Of a stretch of DNA of 64,000 bases, positions 34,889 to 48,309 are shown piece after piece. The stretch's first letter is position 1, and each line of letters opens with the position of its first letter. The notes beneath the pieces were generated by a model. That model had not been told where the DNA came from and did no database searches. It was given only the letters and a program-made list of their open reading frames with translations. The position numbers and the translations under genes were made by a program. The DNA is from Phyllobates terribilis (taxonomy: Eukaryota): the NCBI RefSeq assembly GCF_046119375.1, contig NW_027362765.1, forward strand, positions 101,184,001 through 101,248,000, in the 5' to 3' direction.

Positions 34889-35669
34889 ACAAACTGGCAT
34901 CCTTGTATAGAATTATTATCAAGGGCCGTTCTTTGAGTAATAGTGAGAAAGGCAGATGATTTATTATGTCTAATGTGCTCTTTAACCTTTTTGTTGCAAC
35001 AACATATTATGAATGTAGTTGGGTTGAATGCAAGCACTGTGCCCTTACCGGTGATATGTTATGTGTTGTTTGAAGGTTAACTGAGGTCACAGATCATATG
35101 TGAGGACACTAGAGCCATGTGCTGCACAGGTTTTGGTCCATGTGATGCCATTTTTATCAGAATAAAATGCTCTGTATGAGCAGCAATGTGAAGTATCCAC
35201 TCAACATCAATAATATGTGGATTTTAGAGTAGATTCTATTAAAATTCTATGTAAAAAAACTTAAAAGAGGTTAATTATGGTCAGTAGGAGTATTTCAGAG
35301 AGAAACACTCTGCTAAATTTGTAACACTTGGGTGAATACAGCCATGACCTAAAGTGAGCTACGGCTGTAGACCATGCCACCCTGCCTGTACTGCAACCAC
35401 CTGTGGTGCACAAAATGTGGCCTAAAAAGTGCTACTATGGATTAAGACAGTGAGGAGAATCTGTGCCCTGCATTGTTGAGTTGTGCTGTGACATTCATTG
35501 TTGAGGTCTACTGTGGCCTCCACTTGTGGTTAACATTGCAAACTCCTAGTAGTGAGAAAGTAACTGTAACCTGTACTAAATGTGATATAGTGAGTACTGT
35601 GGTGTCAGGCTGTATCCATTAATTGTGGCAACTACCTGCTGAGAAATACTCAGACTGCTGTTACTAGCT

Positions 35670-36420
35670 GTAAACACCAGGCTCTGTGCCTCCTTTCTCA
35701 TGTGTAACGATCAGGCTCTGTGCCTCCTTTCTCATGTGTAACTATCAGGCACTGTGCCTCATTTCTCATGTGTAACGATCAGGCTCTGTGCCTCCTTTCT
35801 CATGTGTAACTATCAGGCACTGTGCCTCATTTCTCATGTGTAACTGCAAGGCACTGTGCCTCAGTTTTAATGTGTAACCACCAAACTCTGTGTCTCGGTT
35901 CTAATGTGCAACCACCAAGCTCTATGTCTCAGTTGTAATGTGTAACCACTAAGCTCTGTGCCTCAGTTTTTATGTGTAACCACCAGGCTGTGTGCCTCAG
36001 TTTTCATCTGTAACTGCTAGGTTGTGTCCTTCAGTGCTCATGTGTAACCACCAAGCTCTATGTCTCAGTTGTAATGGGTAACCACTAAGCTCTGTGCCTC
36101 AGTTTTTATGTGTAACTACCAGGCAGTGTGCCTCAGTTTTCATCTGTAACTGCTAGGTTGTGTCCTTCAGTGCTCATGTGTAACCACCAAGCTCTGTGCC
36201 TCTGTTCTCATGTGTAACTGCCAGGCACTGTGCCTCATTTCTCATATGTAACTGCCAGGCACTGCGCCTCAGTTGTAATGTGTAACCACTAAGCTCTGTG
36301 CCTCAGTTTTTATGTGTAACTACCAGGCTGTGTGCCTCAGTTTTCATCTGTAACTGCTAGGTTGTGTCCTCCAGTGCTCATGTGTAACCGCTGAGCTCTG
36401 TGCATCAGTTCTCATGGCAG
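35670..36420. repeat. 34-bp minisatellite (~22 units)
   Basis: Consensus TGTGTAAC.(A/G).CAGGC(A/T)CTGTGCCTCA.TT.TCA, with TGTGTAAC at 35701, 35735 and onward. Confidence 0.9.
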
Positions 36421-36867
36421 GTTCTATCCTTTTGTTATGAAGTGTAACGACTACTGAGCTCTGTTCCTTAATCCTAAAGTGGCAAAATTCAATATATAAT
36501 TATCCAGTACTGTAACCACCAAGCTAAATTACCTGTAGTAAAATCTGTTTTACTTTAAATCTGCCATGTCTGTCACTGCCATCTTCGAGTATGGTACTGA
36601 GTCCTGAATAAAAGGTCACATGCATAGAAACTAACCTGCTAATAAGGCACCATCAATTATGGTACAGTATGATCTCAGAAGCAGATATCTGCACTTAAAG
36701 GGATATTCCCACAAACAAAAGTTCAACAAAAACAATGGCTCTGTCTGACTGCGTACCGAACACTGATCATACCATAGCTCCTGGGCAGGGGAGGAAGCAA
36801 AAGACAATACAGATATTACAGCAGGGGATCACAGAGGATTCATTTTGTGAGGTAAAATATTGTTTAA

Positions 36868-38437
36868 CCACTTAGTGACCACCAGACATTTACTTACTGA
36901 CCTGCCATATAAGAAATCAGCATTCCCCTACAGGTTACCATCCTATAGCTGTCACCTGTACACTATAGCTGACAACTTGCTGCATCAGCCACAATCAGTG
37001 ATGGCACCGACCATGGCCATTTAACCCCTTAGATTCTGCTATCAATAGTGACTACATCATCTAAATAATTAACACAGGGTGGAGACTCCCTATTTAACCC
37101 CATTGGCACCCTGAGATCTTGACCGTGTGGTCCTGATGTTCCCCATGGAAGTTCATGGCCAAATAGCGGCCTTAGAGTCTGCCGGCTATAGTGGCCTTTT
37201 CAGATGTTATCAAAATTTAGGTGGTAAAAATAACCACATTCTTGTCATGCCATTTTCCATTACTTCCTGAAAAGAACCAGAAGGGTTAATGAACTACCTG
37301 AAAGCAATTTTAAATACGCTGAGGGGTGCGGTTTTTAAAATGGCGTCACTTTGGGTGGTTTCCAACATATAGGAAACCCAAAATCACTTCAAAATTGATT
37401 AAGTCCCTATAAAAATAAGTTTTGTAAATTTCCTTGAAAAAAATGAAGAATTGCTGCTACATTTTTTCAAATTCAAGTTTTTTTTTATTTTTTGTGTTTG
37501 AAAAAGTACAAGAAAATACAATATACATAGTAAAAGGGGTAACGTAACTATAAATCTATGCATAACTACAGTACATTGGGGGGGTACAGGGAGGGTTCTC
37601 CATCAATATCCAGATCAAGCATGTATTTTTTCCATATGAAAGATAGAGAGAGAGGGAGCGGACCACGGCAGACCACCAATCAATAGAGTGTGATTATGAT
37701 CATTGTTGTGACGACATCACGGATAACTTTAGTTGGGGGCTAGATGGTAGGCGTCAGAGTTTTGGAAATCCATCCAATCCCTCCAAGTCACACAGTATCT
37801 ATCAACATCAGCCGGTGAGATGGCAATCAGATGCTCCATCCTATTAAGGAGGGAGATCTCCGCAAACCATTCCTCCACAGTGGGTGGGTCTCTGCTTTTC
37901 CAGTGTCGTGGAATGACATTCTTAGCCGCCTGTATTAGGTAGCCTATTGATGACCTTTTATAACTACTTTTACTTATTGGTAACATTGATAAAAGGAGGG
38001 CTTCTGGCGTATTAGGGATAGTCAAACCAGTTATTTTCTCAATCATGGGAACCACCTTTGCCCAAAATGCATTTATTGCTGCTACATTTTTAAACCTTCT
38101 AAAATGCTAAAAAAATAAAATAACACTTTACAAATGGTGCTGATGTAAAGCAGACATGAGGAAAATGTTATTTATTAATGTTTTTTTGTGTGGTATGACT
38201 ATCTGGATTAAAGGGCTTAAAGGGATAATCATTCAAAGTTTGAAAATTGCAATTTTTAAAACATTTTTAGTAAATTTCAGATATTTTTAGAATTAAACGC
38301 AAAGCATATCAACCTAAATTTACCATTATTATAAAGTATCATGTGTCACAAAAAAGGATAAAAAAAATCAGTCTCAAAATCAATGCGATATGTTGAAGCA
38401 TTCCAGATTTCCAAAAATTGGTTTGGTCACTAAGGGG
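36868..38437. mobile_element. Non-autonomous piggyBac element carrying an L1 insertion
   Basis: TTAA TSD and TIR CCACTTAGTGACC / GGTCACTAAGGGG. Colinear with 51691-52621. Confidence 0.88.
37467..38074 (-). mobile_element. 5'-truncated LINE-1 3' end
   Basis: ORF 37729-38055 has the L1 ORF2 C-terminal pattern YLIQAAKNVIPRHWKSRDPPTVEEW...W..W. A-rich tail with AATAAA on the - strand. 17-bp TSD ATTGCTGCTACATTTTT. Confidence 0.85.
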
Positions 38438-40093
38438 TTAAAAACAGGCAGTGAAATGTTTTCCCTCACAAAATGAGTCCTCTGCGATCCCCTGCTGTAA
38501 TATCTGGCTTTTGCTTCTTCCCCTGTCCAGGAGCTGTGGTATGTTCCATACACGTTCAGACAGAACCATTGATTTTAATGAACTTTTGTTCGTGGGAAAA
38601 CCCCTTTAAAGGAGTGCAGCTCTTGATACTGCTGGCAGCATTAATAGATATTCGCCAGGCATCATTCTCATCATTAATGAAGAGGGGCATTCATGGAAAA
38701 AGGTGCCGACCTTCTCTCATCATCACTGTTATGTATTTTTAACAGTTCTTGGGTCCTCAAGGAGACATTAAAGCTGAAGGTAGATCTCCTTCATAGGGGT
38801 GCACAAGACTTTCACGAGGATCACTATTTCGGAACAACTGACTGTAACATAGTCTTCTGACTGGAGAATGATTTATGACAGCCAATTTCTGGCCTCACAG
38901 AAGATCAGAGGAGACATTACATCAGTATATGCTATAGATCCACCTGAATTTTTCCATTTAAAGAAGAACTCCCATGAAAATGTTTATCCTCTTAGTATAG
39001 TGCAATCATCATATTATACAGCACTGTGTGCTTACAATTGCTTATTTTGTTTTTCTACTCATTTTGTCTATGACGTCACGTGATTAAAAACTGAGTAGCT
39101 GAATTCTTCTAAGCTCTATGTAGAAACAAGAGGTCAATTTTCCCTGTATGACTCCATCACTCACTGCAAAAGTACCTGGTAGGAGAAGGAGCGGAGCTGC
39201 TGGGTCAGTAGTTGAAGAGGGGAATGATTTTTGCTGGGAAAAGAGACTTCCTGTTTCTCCATAGAGCAGAGAAAAGCGAAGAATTTACTTGGTAGAAAGG
39301 CAAAATGAGCAATTGTAAGTACACAGTGTTATATATTAGGATGACTACAATATATGAAGAAGATTTAAACTTTAATGGGAGTAGAACTTCTTTAAGGTGG
39401 TTTGATATAGGAATGGGACAAGTGGTTGGGAGGTTGCTATATTTTCCCAAGATTCCTTTCATATGCATACTAGACTCCAGAAAGTATATTTCTCATCTAG
39501 GGTGAGATATAAGGAATCCATGAAGTCTGGAGGGTTTTAATTCCTGTTTTCAGCCTAGATTTTTATGGAATGAGAAGCAGGTTTGTTAGCGGGGCTTGAC
39601 TTTCCTTTTTTGACCTGGTGTTATCTATAGCCCTCAGTTAGTCTAGGTATTGGACTGATTCATTACTGGGTTTAGAACGGTGTGCACCTTAGTGGATAAA
39701 AATTGTCTGAAGAGTCAGAAGTGAAGTTGGTGCGAATCGATTCACATGTCCCGTTCCATCTGCCAAGACAATGGTTTGTGCCACTGCGTGAGAGAGGGAG
39801 TACAGCCTCATACCTGTTGATGTTCACAGCTGTTCTTTTGATTGGTTAGTTTGGCGAAACGCGACATTGTGCTAGGCCAGCTAATCAAGAGAAGAGCCGT
39901 GGACGTCAGCAGGTAACAGGCTGTACTCCTCTCATGCAGTGGTCACAGACCATTATCACGGGACTTCACTAATAAATTTGGGAATAAAAACTGGTGCATG
40001 TGGTCCGGAGGCCCACATGCACCAGTTAGATAATCGGCCAATTCTGATTGGGTGGCTTGTCCGATTTCAATCTAATATGTATGGTGGCCTTAA

Positions 40094-40551
40094 ATGGTTA
40101 CTCCCATCTTCCTAAATGGCTATTATTGGATAGTGCTCATAAATATAAGCAGTTTTACAATTTAATGCTTATTACAAATGTTAGCCATTATGAAATATTA
40201 AGACTTTTCATCTGTTTATAGCTTATTACCTTGGAGACCGACCACCTCTGCTAGACTGCAGAACATACATAGTGCTTACAAGCTTTTTTCAATTAAGCTC
40301 GTAAGCACTATTTAAAGGTGGCCCAGATTGTTGGAGAGCATTACTAACTCCTAATCCTGGCCAGGTTCAGCGCAGTGCTTACAAACTAAACAGCAGCGGT
40401 GGTCGGTCTCCTAGGCAATGAGCTGTAAGCAAAAGAAAAATGTAAATATCTTCAAAACGGCTGCAAATTTTAACAAGCAGCAAATTGCAAAAGTGCTTGT
40501 TTGTGCAAGCACTATCTTACAATAACCATCTATGAAGCTGGGAATAACTCT
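40094..40551. mobile_element. T2-type MITE
   Basis: TTAA flanks, TIR ..GTTACTCCCATCTTC / GAAGCTGGGAATAAC, and internal inverted repeats. Confidence 0.7.
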
Positions 40552-42591
40552 TTAACTTATAGGTTCAGAGAGCACCTATAATTTAACTTTATCAAAAGTT
40601 AATATTAAAACATTATTTTTTTTTTTCAAAAAAGATCTTATGCTAATTTTTCATCAATATACAATGCACTGAAGAGGAAACACAGAAAAGCTCAGAGGAA
40701 GTTGATATGGAGCCACAATGTGGGAGTTCAGCTCCTGACAACATATCAACCAAAACTGAACACCTTTATTTTTCCTGTTAGTGTACAAGGAAGCACATAC
40801 TAACCACAGCAACGAGACAAGCAAGTAAAATAATCACTGGGTTCCGGTGCAGGCGCTGGCATCCCCGCAGGATATAGGGTCAGCAATATCAGAAGGTCAT
40901 TCGACACATATATACAGCATAACAAATTTTAATTTCCTTTCTTTTTTTTTTTTACATGATTTTTTGGATGTCCGAGTGCGATTGGTTACTTTATCTATAT
41001 GTAATCTCGTACTATCGAAAGGGAAGAGTAAGAAACCACTAAGATGTTTACAGCACTATTTTCTTGTATCTGTGACATTAATCTTTGTGCTAAATTATAA
41101 AATCTGATCATCGGTTTCAGAAGTTCACCTCCTCTATCATCAACCTTTCACCTACCGCTCAGATAAAATGTTAAACTTGCAGATTTCACCAATTTGTAAC
41201 TTTTGCAGTAAAGGCGGCATTAACTGGAGTTTCCCTGACTCATGGGAGTTCTTACAACCCCTTTATACCCTAAAAGTGCCCCTGCATACCTCCAAAAGTC
41301 ATGTAATGCGCAGGCGCAGGCTTCACTTCTATGTCACCAGCTCTCTGGCTGTTCAACAGGGCAAAGTGATTCCAGCCTGCACAAGTCTCTGATTTCACTG
41401 CGTAGGTGCGAGACTTTGAGCTCTGTGTGGATGATGTAGAAGATGTCATGCATTTTCATCAGAGGCGGCGCTGAGCGCGCGCTCCGGATTCGCCCATCAG
41501 ACTGGACGGAGCAATTTTTCATGCAGTGCGGTACATGCATAAAAAACTTTTTCGGAGGTATGCAGCGGCACATATGAGGGTATAAAGGGGTTGTAGGAAC
41601 CCTGTTTACCTACTTTTAAAGGTAATGGTTATGATTTATAAGGTATAAAACTGGTCATGTGTTCCTTTCAGAATAACGTTTTGAAGACATAAATGTTGCC
41701 ATTAGACTGCTGTGAATTTCAGCTATCATTTGTCTGGAATTCTTCAGATATAAACTCAGGGCAGCGGCTCGAGTCTGATGTTGTTCTCACTATAAACACC
41801 ACTCAACATTTTTCTGATTTGCAAAATAACAACATCTATCGGCTTAAACTGTACTTCGAAGGAAAAATGAGACCTTCCCTGAGCTCTGCGATCCTCATGT
41901 GCCGAACTTCCATGAAACCTTTCCTTCCAGATCTCAGATGACGCAGACATTTGCCTTCTCCTAATTCACCAACAGGAAGAGGAAGCCATGTTACATATAT
42001 AGCGGAGCTGCAGTCCGGTCACCGGTCACTAGCTCATATCGCTCTTCCTCCTTTTCCTTATGTTTATGCTTTACCACTTTAAGTTCCAGAAATAAAAGGT
42101 GTACTAATTGTCCTACATCTTGGTTGAGACTAATAGAGTTAACAAACTGCTTCATAGTATCGGCACACTAGCAGTTTGTGGCTACTAGACTAGAGCCCGG
42201 TGAACCTCCTCCTACATGCTGGCGCCCCCGGAGCCTCTCCTAGTTATCAGGCCTGGCACTACATGATGTGTTCATCATGCCACAACAATGTCGTCACCCC
42301 AAACCTACTAATCAGAAGTTGCCGGGGATGCCAGCAGGTAGGAGAAGATTCACAGGGCTCTGATCCGTTGGCCAATGACTACTGATGTAGCCGCTAGACC
42401 AGGGTCCTGCAAATCATTTTTCTATGCTTTAGAGCACATGTGGCTCGCGGGACCATGATGTGTGGCTCGCGGATGACTGCCTGTTTGGTGCATTAGCACC
42501 AGGTCTAGCATACAGCTATAAAGAGCAGGTCTCCAGATGGTGACGTGTGTGAGTAGCCCCACTCAGAAAAGCAGAACTGGATGAGCATATA

Positions 42592-43006
42592 CCATGTTTT
42601 TCCCCAAAAATAAAACCTACCCTGAAAATAATCCCTAGCATGATTTTCCAGGCTTTTTGGAGTATGCTTGAAATATAAGTCCTAGTTATAGTCAGGGTCT
42701 GCGTTAAGAGGAGGGAGGGACTGGGCAGTTGTCTCCACTCTCTTAGGGGCCCCCAGCATTTCTATTCTGAGATTATCACCAAAGGTTCTTTAACTGCAGG
42801 AAATAGACTGGTATGTACCATATGTGCAGTGTGTGCAGTGTGTGTATATGCATGTGTGTGTGATGATGACATTTGTTTTTCATGAACAACAATCCACATT
42901 TATTCTTGAACAAAAAAAAATTAGACATCCCCCGAAAATAAGCCCTAACCCATTTTCAGAGCAGAAAAATAATATAAGACCCTGTCTTATTTTCAGGGAA
43001 ACACGG
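42592..43006. mobile_element. Tigger/pogo-type (Tc1/mariner) MITE
   Basis: Termini CCATGTTTTCCCCAAAAATAA / TTATTTTCAGGGAAACACGG with TA on the left flank. Confidence 0.65.
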
Positions 43007-43037
43007 TTCTGACCTTGCAGTTGGAGAGATAAATTAA

Positions 43038-46000
43038 CCCCTTTCTGACGTCGGGCGTAATAATACGTACCTGCACCCTGGGCCTATTCGACCAGGTATG
43101 TATTATTACGCCCTACCTTAATGCGGCACCGTGGTGATCGCATTAAATTTCCGGCGCTATCTTACCTTAGGGTAGATGGCGTCGTCATCCTGGGGGGGGG
43201 GTTCACTGCCCGCCCGCAACCACTATCGCTGTGATTGACTGTTCAATTTTGAACACTCAATCACAGCATTTCTCAGTGTTTCAGGCAATCAGATTGCCTG
43301 AAACACTGATGTGCAGCCTAGGATCGGTGCTCTAAGAACACCGACCCTAGGCTGGTGCCTGGCAATGCCAGGCCTGGCCTCAAACCCACTCTGATTGGTG
43401 CGATCGACGATGACATCAATTGCACTAATCAGAGCGCGTGACCGCGCCGTGACCGGGCAGTGACAGGCCTGTGACCTGGCTGTCACAGCTCTATGACCCA
43501 CCTGTGACTGCCGGCCTCGCCCCAGCCCGCTCAGATTGGTGCAAACGACGATGAGATCGATCGCACCAATCAAAAGGCGTGACCACGCTGTAACCTGGCG
43601 GTGACCGGCCTGTAACCTGGGACTCACAGTTGCTGAGGATTTGTGCAGGGCGGTCACACTGCTGATCTTCTCTGTGCTGGGCTTTGTGGTGCCACAGAAG
43701 CCTCTGTGACACCACAATACCTGCTCCTACTTGCCCCTGCTCCGGTCTGCTGCTGCTTCTTCAAAAAGAAGAGATACGACTTTGGTAAGTACACCTCTGA
43801 TCTTCTCATCCACCCCAATCCACCTCCCCCACCTCTTCTGCTGCAACAGAAAACATCAGACAGAAGAAGACAAGACAACTGTTCGTAGATTTTTTGATCC
43901 CTCCTCATCCACCCCAATCCCCCTCTCCCCCCTTCCTCCCTAGCCACCCCTCTGTTCTGCCACTGAGCGCTGATCAGTACTTGATCACTTGACTTTTTTT
44001 TTTCGTGCTTTCTGCATTGGCCGAGCGCTTATTAGTGACCGCAGATCACTGATCCGCACTCGTGCTCGTTGTTTTACACTTTTTTTCCATCCCTTTTTGT
44101 ATCACCTCCGTGCACACATCCACAAGCCGCCGAGCGTTGATCAGTGACGCAGTCCACTGATCCGCACTCGTGCTCGCTGTTTGCACCACCTCCAGCTGTT
44201 CCCTTTTTTTTTTTTTTTTTTGTCATTTTCTTTCAGGAAAAAAAAAAAAAAGTTTACACCAAGCACACTGACACACACACTTAATAAAGTACTGACACGC
44301 ACACACCACATACATAAATAAAAATGTTATCCCAAACCCGCTATTCAGTGGAGGACGCTTTTCTTGCTTCCAACACTGGCCTCCGACACTGACAGTGAGG
44401 GAGAGGATCCCACCTTTTTTATTTTTCTGACTCCTCGTCGTCGTCCTCCTCTTCCTCCTCAAGTGCTGCTGAACCACCACCATGCAGATGCCCCAGGACA
44501 GAAGATGAACCGGCACTCCCCATTACTGACCCCGTATGGACCTCGCCCCCGAAAATTATGAGCCTCTGATTCCTGATTTTGTAGAGAATTAGGAATCAAG
44601 TTTGACTCCACCGGCCTCACAGAAACAGACTTTTCAAAGTCTTTTTCTCTGAGGATTTTGTAAACCTCATGGTGGGCCAAACTAATTTGTACGCTCAACA
44701 ATTTTTGGCAGAAAACCACTCATTTTTTAACTGGTCTCCTGTAGAAGCAGTAGAAATTATAAAGTTTTGGGGCCTGGTCCTTCACATGGGGATCCTGAAG
44801 AAGCCAGAAGTTTGGCAATACTGGAGTGTTGACGTTTTATATAACACTCTAGTGTTTCGAATGGTCATGACCCGGACACGCTTTGAGGCCATCCACAAGT
44901 TCTTGCATTACATCAATAATGCATGATGTCCTGCATGTGATGACCCAAACTTTGATAGTCTTTTCAAAGTTTGGCCGGTCATCTAGCATTTCAACAACAA
45001 GTTTACTGAAGTGTACGTGCCCCTAAGGGACATCTGCGTAGATGAGTCCCTAATTCATTTTAAGGGGAGGCTTGGATTCCGGCAGTACCTGCCCAGTAAG
45101 AGGGCCTGGTACGGAATTAAGCTGTATAAACTGTGTGAGAGTATGTCAGGGTACACTCACAAGTGTAGAGTTTATGAAGGGAAGGACTGATTGAACCCCT
45201 TGAATGCCCTCCTGCTCTGGGAGTGAGTGTGAAAATTGTGTGGGATTTGGTGCACCCACTGCTGGATAAAGGATATCACCTCTACGTGGCTAACTTTTAT
45301 ACCAGCATCCCTCTCTTCAAGTCCCTCTCTGCGCAAGGTACCGCAGCCTGTGGTACTGTCCGCAAAAATCAGAGAGGCCTCCCGAAGACGCTAATTGGGC
45401 AGATGCTCAGAAGGGATGTCTTTCTTTTGACCACCATACATGGTGATGGCAGCACCCCATGCGCTGTACGAGGTTCCTCTACACAGGTCATCAGACCAGA
45501 CTGTGTAGTGGAGTACAACAAGTACATGGGGGGAGTTGATCTCTCTGGTCAAGTCCTCCAGCTGTACAGTGCTTTGAGAAAGGCTAAGGTGTGGTACAAG
45601 GAGCTGGCTGTGCACATCATACAGATGGCAATGCACAACACTTTTCTTCTATCACGATGTGTAGGCCAGACTTCTACGTCGTACCTTCAATTCCAGAAGG
45701 TAGTGATCAAGGCCCTGATATTTGGCAGTGCTGACAGAGCGGGCCCCAGTACTTCCAGAACTGAAGGACCTCAAATTGTACCAGGCCAGAATTTCCCGGG
45801 GGAGCTCCCTCAAAGCGGAAAAAAAGATAAGTCGCAAAAGAAGTGCCAAGTGTGTTACAAAAGGGGAATACGCAAGGACACCATTAATCAATGTGACTCC
45901 TGCCCCGACAAACCTGGCCTGTGCATGAAAGAATGCTTCAGAAGGTACCATACTTCCTTGCACGGCTAAATTAATTTCTGACGTATGACTACCTGACAAA

Positions 46001-47864
46001 CACTACACAACTGACTTATGACAACCTGACGAACACTAGACAACTGACGTAGGAAAAACCTGACGAGCACTACACCACTGATGTATGACACTATATTATA
46101 AAATTCACATATCAGAAATCAGTAAATCAGTTCCAAAAAGGGGGCACTTGTTGGGGCATTTTCACTGTTTAGGCACATCAGATTTTTAGGTCCACTTTCT
46201 CCTGTTACCCTTGTGGAAATATTTTTTTTTGGGCTAAAATAACATTTTTGTGGAAAAAATGTGATTTTTTTTTATTTTCACAAATCAACGTTATAATTTT
46301 CTATGAAGCACCTGGGGGTTCAAGGTGCTCACCACACATCTAGATAAATTCATTGGGGGGGGGGGTCTAGTTTCCAAAACGGGGGCACTTGTTGGGCATT
46401 TTCACTGTTTAGGCACATCAGGGGCTATGCAAACGCGACATGACGCCCACAGACCATTCCTTCAAAGTCTGCATTCCAAAGCGTCACTTCTACCCTTCTG
46501 AGCCCTGACGTGTGCCCAAACTCAGGAAAAATTGCACAACAACTTTTGGGGTCCAATTTCTCCTGTTACCGTTGTGAAAATAAAAAAAATTGCGGTTAAA
46601 AGATAGTTTTTGTGGGAAAAAAATTATATTTTATCTACGTTATAAACTTTTGCGAAACACTTGGGGATTCAAAGTGCTCACCACACATCTAAATAAGTTC
46701 CTTAAGGGGTCTAGTTTCCAAAATAGGGTCACTTGTGGGGGGTTTCCACTGTTTAGGCACATCAGGGGCTCTCCAAAAGCAACACGACGTCTGCTGTCAA
46801 TTCCAGCGAGTTTTGCGTTGCAAACGTCAAAGGGTGCTCCTTCCCTTCCGAGCCCTGCCATGCCCCCAAACAATGGCTTTCCCCCACATATGGGATATCA
46901 GCGTACTCAGGAGAAACTGCACAACAACTTTTGGGGTCCAATTTCTCCTGTTACCCTTGTGAAAATAAAAAAATTGCGGCTAAATGATTGATTTTGTGAA
47001 AAAAAAAAGTTTTGTTTTTTTCACGGCTCTACGTTATAAACTATTGCGAAACACTTGGGAGTTCAAAGTGCTCACCACACTAATAAATAAGTTCCTTAAG
47101 AGGTCTTTCCTCCACATATGGGATATTAGCGTACTCAGGAGAAATTGTACAACAACTTTTGGGGTCCAATTTCTCCTGTTACCTTTGTGAAAATGAAAAA
47201 ATTGGGGTCCAAAGTAAAATTTTAGTGAAAAAAAAATGTTCATTTTTTTCTTTCACATTCGATTAATTTCTGTGAAGCACCTGAAGGGTTAATAAACTTC
47301 TTGATTGTGGTTTTGAGCACCTTGAGGGGTGCAGTTTTTAGAATGGTGTCACTTTTGGGTATTTTCTGTCATAAAGACCCCTCAACGTGACTTTAAATAT
47401 GATATGGTCCCTAAAAAAAATGGTTGTAAATTTTGTTGTAAAAATGAGAAATCGCCGGTCAACTTTTAACCCTTAAAGCTCCCTAACAAAAAAAAAATTT
47501 GGTTCCAAAATTGTGCTGATGTAAAGTAGACATGTGGGAAATGTTATTGATTAACTATTTTGTGTGACATATCTCTCTGATTTAAGGGCATAAAAATTCA
47601 AAGTTTGAAAATTGCGAAATTTTTAAAATTTTCTCCAAATTTCCAATTTTTTCACAGATTAATGCAAGTGATATCGAAGAAATTTTACCACAATCATGAA
47701 GTGCAATATGTCACGAAAAAACAATCTCAGAATCAGTGGGATCTCAGAATCAGTGGGATCCGTTGAAGCGTTTCAGAGTAATTACTTCATAAAGTGACAC
47801 TGGTCAGAATTTGTAAAAATTGGCCAGGTCATGAAGGTGCAAACCACCCTCGGAGGTAAAGGGG
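43038..47864 (+). mobile_element. piggyBac DNA transposon (4.8 kb, defective)
   Basis: TTAA TSD, CCCCTTT / AAAGGGG termini, transposase remnants, and 3-4 imperfect internal direct repeats at 46130-47250. Confidence 0.9.
44324..45969 (+). pseudogene. piggyBac (PGBD4-like) transposase pseudogene
   Basis: Motifs SDTDSEGEDPTF, RTRFEAIHKFLH, DESLIHFKGR..RQYLPSKR..YGIKLYKLCES, YNKYMGGVD and the Cys-rich CQVC...CDSCPDKPGLCMKECFRRYH. Several stops and frameshifts. The second catalytic Asp reads GCT (YVANFY) at 45289. Confidence 0.92.
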
Positions 47865-47868
47865 TTAA

Positions 47869-48309
47869 AAAGAATCTCTCCCAACGTTTTTGCCACCTAA
47901 TCTGAGAGCAGCATAATGTAGACACAGGGACCCTGATTCGAGTGATGTGTCACTTACTTAGCCTCTTAGTGTAATTTTAATAAAATCACTGTTTTATCAG
48001 CAGGAGATTATCACTAGAGGAATAGAAAACCTGCAGCCAGATAGTCCTCCATATTCATGAGCTCTGTATAACCCTGATTGGCAGTTTTATGTCTACATTG
48101 TAAATGGGCAGAAAGCTGCCAATCAGTGGTGTGGGAAGGTTTATACAGAGCTCAACATTCAGAGAACTATTGAATCAAAGGCAGGTAAAATAATGAATAT
48201 CAAAATAACAGCAAGCAGCCCACTAAGTGATACCACTGGAATCAGGGTGTCTGCCCCTACATCATGCTGCTCTCAGATGAGATAGCAAAAAGCTGGTGAT
48301 AGTTTCCCT
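47869..48309. mobile_element. T2-type MITE abutting the piggyBac right end
   Basis: TTAA flanks. The inverted arms CTGAGAGCAGCATAATGTAG / CTACATCATGCTGCTCTCAG match. Confidence 0.75.

Larger units (their letters stand above)
36699..38605. mobile_element. T2-type MITE interrupted by a non-autonomous piggyBac
   Basis: TTAA TSD. The long inverted arms 36699-36860 and 38445-38605 match each other. Confidence 0.85.
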
